From the NCBI RefSeq assembly GCF_009914755.1, contig NC_060925.1: a DNA stretch of 64,000 nt. One strand, 5' to 3'. This stretch comes from the human T2T-CHM13v2.0 reference genome, Homo sapiens. The notes under the pieces are model-generated. The model was given only the letters and a program-made list of their open reading frames with translations, searched no databases and was not told the origin of the DNA. The number at the start of each line of letters is the position of its first letter. Position 1 is the stretch's first letter. A program made the position numbers and the translations under genes. Positions 1 through 18,136 of this stretch are shown here, piece by piece.

Positions 1-476
1 GAGGTACTACCTTGGTGGTCTAGAACAAGATCTGGAAGAATTCTCTGGGCAACCACAGGCAGAGACTCTTGTTCTCTTCCCTTAGTTTCTCCCAAACTAA
101 TGGGGTCTTTCTCTGTTCTGAGCTACCTGGAGCTGGTAGTGGTGTGACATAAGTACCCTTGTGGCCACCACCACCAGGACTGTGCTTGGTCAAATCTGAA
201 GCCAGCACCAAACTAGGTCTCACCCAAGGTTTGCTGTAACCACTCCCTGGCTACCATCTGTGTTCACTCAAGGCCCTGAGGCTCCAATCAGCAGGTGGCA
301 AAGCCAGCCAGGTCTGTGTCCTTCTCTTCAGGATGGGGGGTTCCTCCAGACTCTGGGTGTGTCCAGAGGTGCCATCCAGGAGCCAGGGACTAGAGTAAAA
401 AAACCTTAGCTGTTCACCTGCTGTTCCATTGTACTGTGGCTGAGCTGGCACTCAAACCACAAGACATAGTCCTTCC

Positions 477-928
477 TGTCAGGCCTCTGAGCCCAAGCTA
501 AGCCATCGTATCCCCTGTGACCTGAACGTATAGGTCCAGATGGCCCGAAGCAAGTGAAGAATCACAAAAGAAGTGAAAATGGCTGGTTCCTGCCTTAACT
601 GATGACATTCCACCACAAAAGAAGTGAAAATGGCCGGTCCCTGCCTTAAATGATGACATTACCTTGTGAAATTCCTTCTCCTGGCTCATCCTGGCTCAAA
701 AGCTCCCCCATTGAGCACCTTGTGACCCCCACCCCTGCCAGCCAGAGAACAACCCCCTTTGATTGTAATTTTCCACTACCTACCCAAATCTTATAAAACG
801 GCCCCACCCCTATCTCCCTTCACTGACTATCTTTTCGGACTCAGCCCGCCTGCACCCAGGTGAAATAAACAGCCTTGTTGCTTACACAAAGCCTGTTTGG
901 TGGTCTCTTCACATGGACGCGCATGACA
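477..928 (+). mobile_element. Solo LTR7 (HERV-H LTR)
   Basis: TGTCAGGCCTCTGAGCCCAAG...GACGCGCATGACA, 452 bp; 5-bp TSD CTTCC (472-476, 929-933); tandem U3 unit at ~563-660; no internal sequence. Confidence 0.95.
792..869 (+). promoter_or_regulatory. LTR7 TATA box and polyadenylation signal
   Basis: TATAAAA at 792-798 and AATAAA at 864-869, in canonical LTR positions. Activity not shown. Confidence 0.6.
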
Positions 929-2811
929 CTTCCACTCTTCCTGCCCCTTTCCAAAGGCAGAGGAGCCTCCCATGGCCACCATTGCCACAGGCCCACGAGG
1001 AGTACCGCCAGACTACCATTTAAGGCCCAAGGCCTCTCCAGTCAGCTTGTGGTGAATGCTGCCCAGCTTGCGACTCACCCTTCAGGGCAGTGCACTCCCC
1101 AGTGGCCCAGGGCAGGTCTAGAAAAGCCATCCAAGAGCCAAGTCCTGGAATAAAGGACCCCAAGAGGTCACTTGGTGCTCTAGACCCTGTGGCTGAGCTG
1201 GTACCTAAGGTGCAAGACAAAGTCCCCTTTGCTTTTACTTTCACTTTTCTCAAGTGGAAGGCATCTTGCCCCATAGCCACCACAGCTGGGAATGTCCTGA
1301 GACTCACCTTAAGCCAGCAAGTTTCAGAGTCTCACCCAAGGTTCTCAATGTAGTACATGAGTATCACTGCTGGTTATTCAGGGCCCCCAGTGCTCTTCAG
1401 CTAGCAGGCAATGAATCCTGTCAGGACTAGTTTCTTCCCTTCAAAGGCAGCAGGTTCCTTTCTGGCCCAAGGTGTGTCAAGAAATGTAGTACAGGGAGCT
1501 AGGGCCTGGAAAGGGGGCTTCATGACTCTGACTGGTGCCCTATCCTGGTGTGGCTGAGCTGGTATCCAAGATGCAAGACAAACTCATCCCCACTCTTCCC
1601 TCTCCTCTCCTCGAGCAAAGGGACGGGGTCTCTTTTGGAGCCATAAGCTGAACTGCCTGGGGTTAAGGGAAGGGTGATGCCATCACTCCCTCAGCTACCC
1701 CAGCTGGTGTCTCAGTAGGTCACATGTCTCCCCACAGTCCACTGTCTCTGGGCCCAGTTCAGCATTAGGACTTGCCTAGGAGTTGCAGTCCTTGCGGCCT
1801 AGACTGCCTTTCGAGTTTATTTAAGGCCCCAGAGCACTTTAGCCCACAGAGGGGAGGCTTGCTGGAACTCAAGTTTGGACTGCTGGGACTGGCAATTCCT
1901 CTTTGGCTAGGGCTGGTTTAAATGCTCCCTCTATGGGGAGGTGTCAGCTGAGTTTGGTCTGGTTTTGTTTTCTGTTATAATAGGGCAGCACTGAGTTTAA
2001 TGCCTCAGAAATGCTGCAATTTCTGTTTTCCCAGTGCACCAAAATGCTTTCCACACCATGCTATGACTGCTGGGCGATTGGGGAGGTGTGGCACTGGTGA
2101 TTCAAGACTGTTTTTCCTACTTCCTCAGTGCCTCTTTTAGCAATATGAAGTTAAAACCAGATATTATGAGTGCTCACCTGATTTTTGGTTCTTATGTGGG
2201 TACTTTTTTTGTGTGTAGATGGTTCTTAGATTGGTGTCCTCATGTGAGGAGGTAGGGAACAATTGGTGTAGCCTTCTATTCTGCCATCTTGTTCTGCCTC
2301 CTTCCTCAATCTTTCTTTCTGGATAAGAGGAACTGAAGTCCTGGCCAGGATGCTGTACCCCAGAGAATCTTGGGGTATGGAGTTACCAGAGCAAATCACA
2401 AATAGGGCATAGAGTAGTGCTGGAGGCAGAGCTGGAAGGATAGTCAAATCTGAGTAACCCACCTAAAAAAGTCAAGGCAATGTCTAGCTACAAACACATA
2501 TAGGGACTAATACAAGAAATGGTTTCAGGGAAGTAGGGAGCAGAGCAAAGCTTGGATCTGTTCTTAAGATTAAAAGCAGGCAGCTAGCAGTTTTAGGAAT
2601 TTTATTCCTGCTGTTTTAGGTTTGTTTTGGTGAGGAATGGGGTTAAAGAGAAAGGAGAAGGAAAATGTTCTAAGTGTTTAAAGATTTAGCAGGGAACAGA
2701 AATATGATTTTAAACATCATTTTTATCTAAAATTTTTTATTTCAAAAATTCTGACTTTCTCCCTCAGTTCCAGGTCCATATATTCAACTGTTTATCAGAA
2801 ATCTTTATCTA

Positions 2812-3915
2812 GCTCCCTCTCCCTCTCCCTCTCCCTCTCCCTCTCCCCATGGTCTCCCTCTCCCCATGGTCTCCCTCTCCCCATGGTCTCCCTCTCCCTC
2901 TCTTTCCACGGTCTCCCTCTCACGCCAAGCCGAAGCTGGACTATACTGCTGCCATCTCAGCTCACTGCAACCTCCCTGCCTGATTCTCCTGCCTCAGCCT
3001 GCGGAGTGCCTGCAATTGCAGGCGCGCGCCGCCACGCCTGACTGGTTTTCGTATTTTTTTGGTGGAGACGGGGTTTCGCTGTGTTGGCCGGGCTGGTCTC
3101 CAGCTCCTAACCGCGAGTGATCCGCCAGCCTCGGCCTCCCGAGGTGCCGGGATTGCAGACGGAGTCTGGTTCACTCAGTGCTCAATGGCACCCAGGCTGG
3201 AGTGCAGTGGCGTGATCTCGGCTTGCTACAACCTCCACCTCCCAGCCGCCTGCCTTGACCTCCCAAAGTGCCGAGATTGCAGCCTCTGCCCGGCCGCCAC
3301 CCCGTCTGGGAAGTGAGGAGCGTCTCTGCCTGGCCACCCATCGTCTGGAAAGTGAGGAGCCCCTCTGCCCGGCCACCACCCCGTCTGGGAGGTGTACCCA
3401 ACAGCTCATTGAGAACGGGCCAGGATGACAATGGCGGCTTTGTGGAATAGAAAGGGGGGAAAGGTGGGGAAAAGATTGAGAAATCGGATGGTTGCCGTGT
3501 CTGTGTAGAAAGAAGTAGACATGGGAGACTTTTCATTTTGTTCTGTACTAAGAAAAATTCTTCTGCCTTGGGATCCTGTTGATCTGTGACCTTATCCCCA
3601 ACCCTGTGCTCTCTGAAACATGTGCTGTGTCCACTCAGAGTTAAATGGATTAAGGGCGATGCAAGATGTGCTTTGTTAAACAGATGCTTGAAGGCAGCAT
3701 GCTCATTAAGAGTCATCACACTCCCTAATCTCAAGTACCCAGGGACACAAACGCTGCGGAAGGCCGCAGGGTCCTCTGCCTAGGAAAACCAGAGACCTTT
3801 GTTCACTTGTTTATCTGCTGACCTTCCCTCCACTATTGTCCTATGACCCTGCCAAATCCCCCTCTGTGAGAAACACCCAAGAATGATCAATTAAAAAAAA
3901 AAAAGAAAAAAAAAA
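2812..3915 (+). mobile_element. SVA (young, D/E/F-like) with 5' hexamers and a collapsed VNTR
   Basis: (CCCTCT)5 at 2815-2844, Alu-like ~2910-3280, about 3 VNTR units ~3282-3394, SINE-R to ~3890, poly(A). 15-bp TSD AGAAATCTTTATCTA (2797-2811, 3916-3930). Sits in an L2-like relic. Confidence 0.96.
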
Positions 3916-4822
3916 AGAAATCTTTATCTAAATGTCCTAGAAGTATCTCAAACTTAAATCTATCTTCCTCCTAAATTCATTTCTCCTCTTTTGTTCTCTA
4001 ATGAATGGCAACATCATTATCAAAACCATCAGTGCCATCCTAGCTAGACATGTTGGAACTCAGTTCTATGTCTTCTTCTTATTCAGTCCTCACTCATCCA
4101 ATACACTTGGATCTTCAGTCCAGTCCATTTTATCTCTGTGATGTCTCCCCTTTTTGTATCATTGCTTATACCAGTACTGGTTACAGAAATAGATCAGGAA
4201 AGAGCCTGTAGAATACTATGGAACCTGTTGTAGAAAGCTAATATAAGTATGGGATAAACATGTATACAGAAGTAGTAGTTCCTGGGGAAGGCTGAGAATC
4301 ACATCTCAAGTTGATTGTGGCAGCCTAATTTCAGACAAAAATTAAGATATGGGAATGGGAAGTGTAATGAGGAATGTAGGTTTCTTCAGCACAGTAGTAA
4401 TGAGGGAAGAGGGTTGTTTTGGTGACAGTTGTGGTGAAAAAGACAGGCCAATACAGGTCCTGAACCAAGGCAGCCAATTCAAGAAGAGGCAAGAGAGCTT
4501 GGAAATAATTCTGGGGGAAAAGATAGTGGGAATGAGGCACAAAAGCAGGCCATAGCCCAGCTGTCAGGGTACAGAGCTATTCTTCTCTCTGGTGCTACAG
4601 GCCTGGGGGATGGGGGCAGAACTCAGGTCTCAAAAAGGAGGTCAGCGTAGAACAGCCTCTCTGTGTGGGATAAGAAGAGATATGGAGAGCTACTTTTTGA
4701 CAGTATCACTCAAATAGAGAGAGCTCAGTTATTATGTAAACACTGCAACTTTGAGTATAAAGCAACGTAACATTTTTGCTAGTGAGCAAGAGTTCCTAGA
4801 AGCCTGTCTGACTGTTCTTTCT

Positions 4823-5115
4823 TTATTCTTTTAATTTTTTTTTTTGAGACAGAGTCTTACTCTGTTGAGGACAGTAGCATGATCACTGTTCATTGCAGCC
4901 TTGACATCCTGGGCTCAAGCAATTCTCCTGCCTCAGCTTCCTGAGTAGCTGGGACCACAAGCGCACACTACCATGCCTAGCTAATTTTTTGCTTTTTTGT
5001 AGAGATGAGGTCTCACTATGTTGTTCAGGCTGTTTTCATCTCCTGGACTCTGGCAATCCTCTTGCCTTGACCTCCCAAAGTGTTGGGATTACAAGCGTTA
5101 GCCACCATGCCCAGC
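4823..5115 (-). mobile_element. AluJ-like
   Basis: Antisense dimer; TSD TCTGACTGTTCTTTCT (4807-4822, 5116-5131). Confidence 0.9.
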
Positions 5116-5263
5116 TCTGACTGTTCTTTCTGAGGTTGTTTGTAAGACTTGATTGGCTCTGTTGAACAACTGGGAAAGACAGGTCCTTTGGCATGTAGAC
5201 TACTCTATTATACAGGCCACCCACCTGGTCTCATTGCCTCTTTCACACTAGTAGCTAAGTTAT

Positions 5264-7915
<2,652 letters not shown>

Positions 7916-8096
7916 GTTATCATCCAAAAGAGAAAGGTAGTTTAGGGAAACTCAAAAAACTTTAGAGAAATTCAAAAAATTCTTATGTCAAATGAACCTA
8001 GGTTATAAATAACTTCCTTATTTATAAAGTAGAAATTATTATACCCCACAAAGTAGTTTTGAAACCTAAATGAATTAATATATATAAAGTCCTCTG

Positions 8097-8750
<654 letters not shown>

Positions 8751-9349
8751 CCTTCTTTAAAATTTTCAATGGTTTTCTATGATTAGGCTTCTACAATCTG
8801 GTTTCATTATAAAAACAAGCATTTGTTTCAGACCTGTCTGTTGTTGCTACTAGGTTATAAGCTACTTTAAGAACCATGTCTGTTTTAGACCCTCAACAAT
8901 CAGCACTATTCCCTGCACATGGTACTTAATAAATATTTGTTGAATGAATGAGTGAACATAAACTCTTTCTCCATTAATGCACCCCCAATATATAGTTCAT
9001 AAGCACAATGCTAACACATGCTCCTTAGGATAACTCTGATGCTAATGTAGGGTCCTGAAATATCAAGGGAATTCTCATATCCATCTCAATTCACTGAATG
9101 ATACAAATTATTTTGTGCTTTCTTTTACTGTTTTAACACTTCAGGCTCCTAGGGACAGGGTCTGCATCGACAAAGTCCATAAACTAGACCAATATATAAT
9201 ACTATCATTCTCTGTTCTTTTTCACCAAAATCTTTTTGAGATACACAGTTGGACTGTTTTAAGAAACTTAGAGTTAAACACAGTTGTTTGGATAGAATGA
9301 AATGATTAAAGTTAAGTGATTGCAACTGCAGAAATATCCCAACCTCTTA

Positions 9350-9853
<504 letters not shown>

Positions 9854-9989
9854 TTAGATTCTCATTTTACATGTAAATTCATCAATTCATAAATTATGTA
9901 TTGGGTATCTCCTACACACGTACATGATAGGCTTTGCCACAGACACAGAGGTCAATGAAATTCAGTTACTGCTCTGAAGAAACACACAA

Positions 9990-10160
9990 TATAGAAAGAG
10001 TCCTCACCCTGGAGTTCGTGAACCTCCTGAACTCACACTGATATGAAAACTTTAGTTTGTACGTGTATACATTTTTCTGGGGGTGGGGATAGTTCATAGC
10101 TATCATCATAGTCTCAGAAAGACTAATAAGGAATCCTAAATAAGTTAAGGACCCCTGTAG
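9990..10160. mobile_element. Degenerate hAT-Charlie-like DNA transposon relic
   Basis: atttttctgggg...catagct.tcatca...aagttaaggacccctg resembles the MER113-type end as I recall it; weak. Confidence 0.35.
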
Positions 10161-10535
10161 TAGATTTTCAGCTCTAGGTGGTAGGCAAAGACAAGTCTAC
10201 AAATAATATCTGTATAATCTAGAGTAAGGTAGATGTCACAAATGAAAGAGAATCCAAAATGCCATGAGGAAGGACAGAAGGAAGATCAAAGAAGACTAAG
10301 GAAAATAATTCTTCTTTAAAACATAAAATTTCACGTGGAATACATAAAAGGCAAGAAATTTAAGACATGAAAGGCACAGCTAGGTGCAATGAAACTATGT
10401 AGTGTTACACCTCTACTCACTAGGCACACAGTAACAATAATTTTGAAATGTAGGGAGAACCCATTTTTAACGTAACAAAATTAAAAGATAAAATCAATAG
10501 CAAATCAATTCTATAATATTAATTATGCTTTATTA

Positions 10536-10848
10536 TTATTTTTATCTCTGGGGTCTTGCTCTGCCACCGAGGCTGGAGTGCAGTGGTGCAATCTTGGCTC
10601 ACTTCGGCCTCTGTCTCCTGGGCTCAAGTGATCCTCCCACTCTCAGCCTCAAGTGCAAAAATACAGGAAAATAAAGGAAAGGCTAATGAAAAACGAGCCA
10701 GGCACAGTGACTCATTTTTGTATTTTTAGTGCAGACGGGGTTTTACCATGTTGCCCAGGCTGGTCTTGAACTCCAGGGCTCAAGCAATCCGCTTTGGCTC
10801 AGCCTCCCAAAGTGCTGGGATTACAGGCGTGAGCCACCATGCCTGGCT
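10536..10848 (-). mobile_element. AluJ-like with an internal replaced segment
   Basis: Antisense Alu; ~10655-10714 does not follow the Alu consensus. Confidence 0.85.
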
Positions 10849-11258
10849 ATTCTTTACTTTAAATATGATTCTTCTTCTTTGAAAAGAGTATGTATTCATC
10901 TAATCATTAAGTCATTCAACAAAAGTTTAATGAGACCTTAAGTATTGAACTGCTAGGCCTAGGGATGCTAACAAAAAAAGAAGATATTTGTGAAGCATCT
11001 GCTATGTAGCAGAACTGTTTTGGGTACTTTTAATAATTTATCACAGCAACCTTATAAAATCAGTACTATTTTCCTTAAAGGTATGTAAACTGAGGTTCAG
11101 AAAGTTTAAGTAATTTGCCCAAGGCACTAGCAAATGTGACAGACCTGAGATTTGGAACCAGGAGGTCTGACTGACTTCAATGTTAATTTTCTTTTCATTA
11201 TATTTCATTACCTCTAAAAGGTGCCACAACAAAGTTCTTATCAAAACCCACAGACATG

Positions 11259-11430
11259 CTTAGTGCGGTGGCTCACATATGTAATCCCAATGGCTCAAGA
11301 GGTGCAGGTGAGAGGATTACTTGAGGCCAGGAGTTGGGAGACCAGCCTGGGCAACACAGTGAGACCCTGTCTCTACACAAAATAAAAAAAAAGTAGCCGG
11401 TATGGTGGCACGTGCCTGTAGTCCCAGCTA
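11259..11430 (+). mobile_element. Alu, 3'-truncated
   Basis: Left monomer, linker and start of the right monomer. Confidence 0.8.
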
Positions 11431-12034
11431 CACATATAAGTAAATGATTACAATATGATGTGCCAAATGTTATAGTAGAGACAGGAACAAAGGTGAGGCT
11501 AATTTCACAGACTTTCCTGTTTATCTGGACTACACACTGTGAACAGGAAAGCTATTTTAAATAATCTTATATCTGTTGGAGAAATATTTGTCAAGTAATA
11601 AAAGGTACATATATAAGTTTCAGAGCCATCATTGTGACCTGGCAGAATTAACAAATGCAGAGAAAACTTTACAAGATTCAAGTTTCAGACAGTTATGGTT
11701 AATTAAAATAAGACCCAAATTTACAAGTACACTCATAAAACCTAGCGAAATTATCACATAAAGCCACATTTAGGTCTAATCCAAAGAAAGGTACACATTA
11801 CTGAAAACATTCAGATTAATTTCCAGAGCAAGAAAAAGATAAAAATAAATTCACTAACTTCATAGCCTCCAGGTTTGGTTAAACCCCACAGAGGTTTTTT
11901 CTCAGCAAAACAAGCTGCAGGTTTAAAAATATTTACTATCATTTGTTTAAAGCAAAATCAAAAAGTTACATTCAAATTAATTATAGGTAAAGATTAATTA
12001 CAGGTAAAGACTACCTTCACTTAAGAACTAAGAA

Positions 12035-12413
12035 AGCTGGGCAACATGGCTCAGGTGCTGTAATCCCAGCACTTTCGGAGACCAAGGTGGGAGGATTGCT
12101 CGAGGCTAGGAGTTCAAGACCAGCCTCAGCAACATAGCAAAACCCCATATCTACAAAAAATCAAAAAAATTTGTGACCTGACTGCACAGTAAGGTAAAAT
12201 AAAATAAAATAAAAATAAAATAAAATAAGTAAATAAATAAGCAAGCTGGGTGTGGTGGCACACACTTGTAGTCCTAGCTACTTCAGGACTGAGGTGGGAG
12301 GAATGCTTGGGTCCAGGAGTTTGAGGTTGCTAGATAGCTATGATGGTGCCACTGCACTCTAGCCTGGGACACGGGGTGAGACCCTGTCTCTTTAAGAAAA
12401 AGAAAAAAAAAAA
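12035..12413 (+). mobile_element. AluJ-like with expanded (TAAAA)n linker
   Basis: Sense dimer; linker 12155-12240 enlarged; AAGAACTAA on both flanks. Confidence 0.88.
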
Positions 12414-12950
12414 AGAACTAAAGAAGAGAACTGTAGGGTTGGGAAGCAGCTCCTCTCCAGACCTATACCCACCAGACATTGCCAGCAGAGTAATATATAG
12501 CAAAGAGCACATTACACTAGGAATTAGGCAGCTAGAACCTGATATTTACTATGGAGTCTTGGGCCACCCACTTTACAACTCTGAGCCTTAGATATCTTCT
12601 AAGTAGGTATAATAATACTTGCTCTGCTTACCTCTCAAAAGTACTCTGTAAAACTATAAAATGTCCTACAGATGTATTACTAATGTTTTAATGCAATTAT
12701 TATTAATGGCTCTCCATGTAAAGGGGATAAGAGACAACTTCCCCAATGGCCAAGTTTCACAGTGGTTGAAAACTAGGTGCTAAGAAAGTACATTCTTAAT
12801 TTCCCTCGGGCCATTCAGAAGTATGTAGTACATTGTTGAGAAATGACTTGAATCCTGATACAAAGACCCTCACAGAAGGGCTACATTAAAATTTCAAACT
12901 AAATAGTAATGTCAATGTGGAAAAGCCTAGTTACTAAGCCCCTGAGTCTA

Positions 12951-13281
<331 letters not shown>

Positions 13282-13835
13282 ATGAAACATAGAAACATTT
13301 CTGCTTTATCCGTTCAATGCTTCAGGCACACTTGGCTTGCAGCACAGTCTCTGAGCCCAACTTCTCCTTCCCTTCCTGCATGAAAACTGAGTAAGAATAT
13401 TCGTTAGATTTGAGACTGAAATAGTCATCAATAATTATCTTAGTAGGATGTAAGGCTCATGAGGTCAGGGCTTTCTCTGTGTATTGTTCATCACTATGTT
13501 ATAAAAAAAAAAACAAACCACGCTGGTTGTGTATTTACAAAAACATTGGACCTCAGCTTCTCCATTTTTAAGATGAGAGGCTGGCCTAAATGATCTCCAT
13601 GGTTTAATCCTGTGCAGATACATTATGGTTCTATAGTGACTATCACTGAATTTCCCACAATGTTAGACACAGAACTTTGCATATTATAGTTATTTAATAA
13701 ATGGTGGCTGATCTTACAAAGCAAAGGTCTTTTACTTAGCCTTTATGAGGGCTTCTTATGTGTTAGGCTCCATTCTAAGTTCTTTATATGCATTAACACA
13801 CTTAATTGTCACAGTTTTATGAATTTGATAGTAGG

Positions 13836-14572
<737 letters not shown>

Positions 14573-15412
14573 ATTACTACTCCCATATTTATGTATGAGA
14601 AAACATAAGCATAGAAAGCTTAAGTAACTCATTCAAAGGTCACTCTGCTAGGAAGTGACAAAGCCAGGATTCACACCCAGGCAGTCTGGTTCTGAAGCTC
14701 AAACTCTTAACTCTTATACCATACTGCCTCTCCATAATATTGTACTGTAGGCAATTAATACCACATTTAACTAATGGAATTATAAACTATAAAACAATAT
14801 AACTAGAAATATTATTAGAAAATAATGATCAGGTTTATTAAAATTCTAAAATTTCAGTTTTTACAGCATTGGTAATGGCTTGAAACCTCTAGGTTAATCT
14901 ACAATTAGAGCTCAAGTATCAATTTAGATTCCAGTTGTCTTCAAAATAGATCAAAATTAAAACAACTAGAAACTTTCTGCAAAATATTTTTCAAAGCTAA
15001 TTATACATGGCTCCCTAGAGGCTCTGGCTAAGGCTCATGATTGATGCTCTTGGGAACATGTTCATTTGAGCTGTGTAAATGTTTGGGCTCTGTCAGCTGT
15101 ATTAACACTGGTATAGCTCATGCTTCAGGCCTAGGCCCATCTGAAAGGCAGAAGGCTCTGAGTGGCTCTGGGTAAGTTTCCTTGTTGGGAGTTTCTTTTT
15201 CCCCTCATATATCTTAAAAGGGAAGTCCCTTTCAAATATCTATACCCCTTGCCTTATTGTAACCTAGCAACATTTTTTAAAAAGTCTGATTACTCCTGAG
15301 AATAAAGCCAAGTAGACTAGGTTTAATGTAGTGTTTCTTTCCCATTGCAAACCTAACAGCCATAAACATGTCCATCAATAATCTATTAATTTAAGCAAAC
15401 ATGTAGAAGCTT

Positions 15413-15996
<584 letters not shown>

Positions 15997-16024
15997 AGAA
16001 GCTTGGTTTTTAAAAATCCTTACT

Positions 16025-16438
16025 GGCTGGGTGTGGTGGCTCATGCCTGTAATCCCAGCACTTTGGGAGCCCAAGGTGGGAGGACTGCTTGAGCCCAGGA
16101 GTTCAAGGCCAGCCTGGCTATCAAACAAAAAAGTACAGAGACAGGGCCAGGCTTGGCGGCTCATGCCTGTAATCCCAGCACTTTAGGAGGCTGAGGCAGG
16201 TGGATCACTTGAGCTCAGGAGTTCAAGACCAGCCTGGCAACATGGCGAAACCCTGCCTCCATGAAAAGTACAAAAAATTAGCCAGGCGTGGTGGTGCACG
16301 CCTATAGTCCCATAGCCACAGTCCCAGATACTTGGGGGGTTGAGGTGGGAAGATCACTGGAGCCTGGGAGATCGAGGTTACAGTGAGCCAAGATCATATC
16401 ACTGTACTCCAGAACAAGGCAAGCAAAAAAAAAAAAAA
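16025..16438 (+). mobile_element. Alu left-arm fragment followed by AluJ-like
   Basis: Sense Alu heads at ~16025 and ~16145. Confidence 0.85.
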
Positions 16439-16695
16439 CAAAAGACAGAGACAGCAGTATGTTGAGTCCCCATGTATGCATCACTTAACTTCAACAATTA
16501 TCAACACAAAGACAAATTTCTTTAACCTACCGTTTACCAACTCCTTTCCTACCTCCTCCATAGATTACTTTGAAAGCAAATCCCACAAATATCATTTCAT
16601 TGGTAAACACCTCTGTATGAATCTCTAAAAGGTAAGAACTAAAATTTGTAATTCCTTAATATCAAATATTCAGTGTTCAGATTTCCATAATTAAC

Positions 16696-16987
16696 TTTTT
16701 TTTTTTTGAGACAGGGTCTCTCTCTGTTGCCCAAGCTGGAGTGCAGTGGTGTGATCATGGCTTACTGCAGCCTCAACCTCCTGGGCTCAAGTGAACCTCC
16801 CACCTCAGCCTCCTGAAAAGTTGGAACTACAGGCATGTGCTACCATCTCTAGTTTTTTTTTATTTTTTGTAGAGATGGGATCTCAATGTGTTGTCCAGGC
16901 TGGTCTTGAACTCCTGGCCTCAACTGATCCTCCTGCCTCAGCCTCCCAAAGTCCTGGGATTATAGGCATGAACCACTGTGCCTGGCT
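16696..16987 (-). mobile_element. AluJ-like
   Basis: Antisense dimer within an L1M-like relic. Confidence 0.88.
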
Positions 16988-17838
16988 CTTTATTTTTATT
17001 TTTCTTTAACAGGATGTTTGTTCAAATCAAGATGCAAACAAGGTGCAGACATTTAATTTTGTTGTTATGTCTCTTAAACTACAAGTTCCCTTCTTCCCCA
17101 ACATCCTAATATTGAAAAATAATGTGAGTTCTAGAGACTTGATGAGATTTGGGTTTTTTGCTGAAATTACTTCACAGGCTGTGTTGCATACTTTCTATTG
17201 CATCACATCAGGAGACATATAACGCCTGATTGTCTTTCTTTTCATGCTGTTGAGGAATGACCAGTGGGTTTTGGTGTTTTTGACCTGATCTCTCCCTTAC
17301 AAAGTTCCTTGTCAGCTTTTCACCTAATGGTTTTAACAGTCATTGATGATTGTTGCCTTGACTTATTATTTCATCAGGCGTGAATTTATTTTTTATTTAA
17401 AGTTTTGACTGTCTTTCTTTGATTCTTAACACATTTATCTGTAAAATAAAGAAAAAAAACACATAAAGTGGTTAGGTCAGTGCCTGGAACCTGGTAGGCT
17501 CTTAACAAAAACAGTAACAGAAACAACCACCACAAAAATTGCTTAGAAACTCATGGGAAAAACAACTACTTTATAAAAGACGTTTTCCCAAATATCATCT
17601 TTGTGATACTCCTTCATTCACATTTTCCTAAAATACAAAAACAAAATACATACATTGTGAAGTTATTCTACTTATCAAATATTCAAGTGCCCAAGAACTA
17701 TATAGGCTTTTAAAACAGTCTATTTTATTAGTTATAGGTCTTCAAGTGATTAGGATATAGATAAATTGTGGGGAGCAATAGGCAGGTATAAAGAGAAGCA
17801 ATATATAATGTTAGACTTGGTAGTGTACCACAGTTAAA

Positions 17839-17990
17839 ACACACACACGCACGCACACATACACACACACACCCCTACCTGCTTTACTAGTGACTCCAGT
17901 GGGCCATAAAGGTAAAACATCGCTATTTTGTTCCTTCCTACAGTCCATTTTTTGATGCAAAGCAGTCAGAGATGGTGGACCTGGTAGATA

Positions 17991-18027
<37 letters not shown>

Positions 18028-18136
18028 GTGTGCATGTGTGTATGTTTTTAAAGAAAATGGACAATCAGGCAGCTGCTTGCCTTGTGGCCCTATCAACACA
18101 CACACACACACACGCACACACACACACACACACACA
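17839..18136. repeat. (CA)n / (TG)n / (CA)n microsatellite cluster
   Basis: CA-rich 17839-17872, TG 17997-18040, CA 18097-18136. Confidence 0.95.

Larger units (their letters stand above)
1..2306 (-). mobile_element. 5' UTR of an old primate L1 (L1PB/L1MA-like), interrupted by LTR7; runs off the window edge
   Basis: Reverse complement starts GGAGGCAGAACAAGATGGCAGAATAGAAGG, a typical L1 5' start. Internal repeated units tgtggctgagctgg...caagaca at ~435, ~1188, ~1549. Confidence 0.7.
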
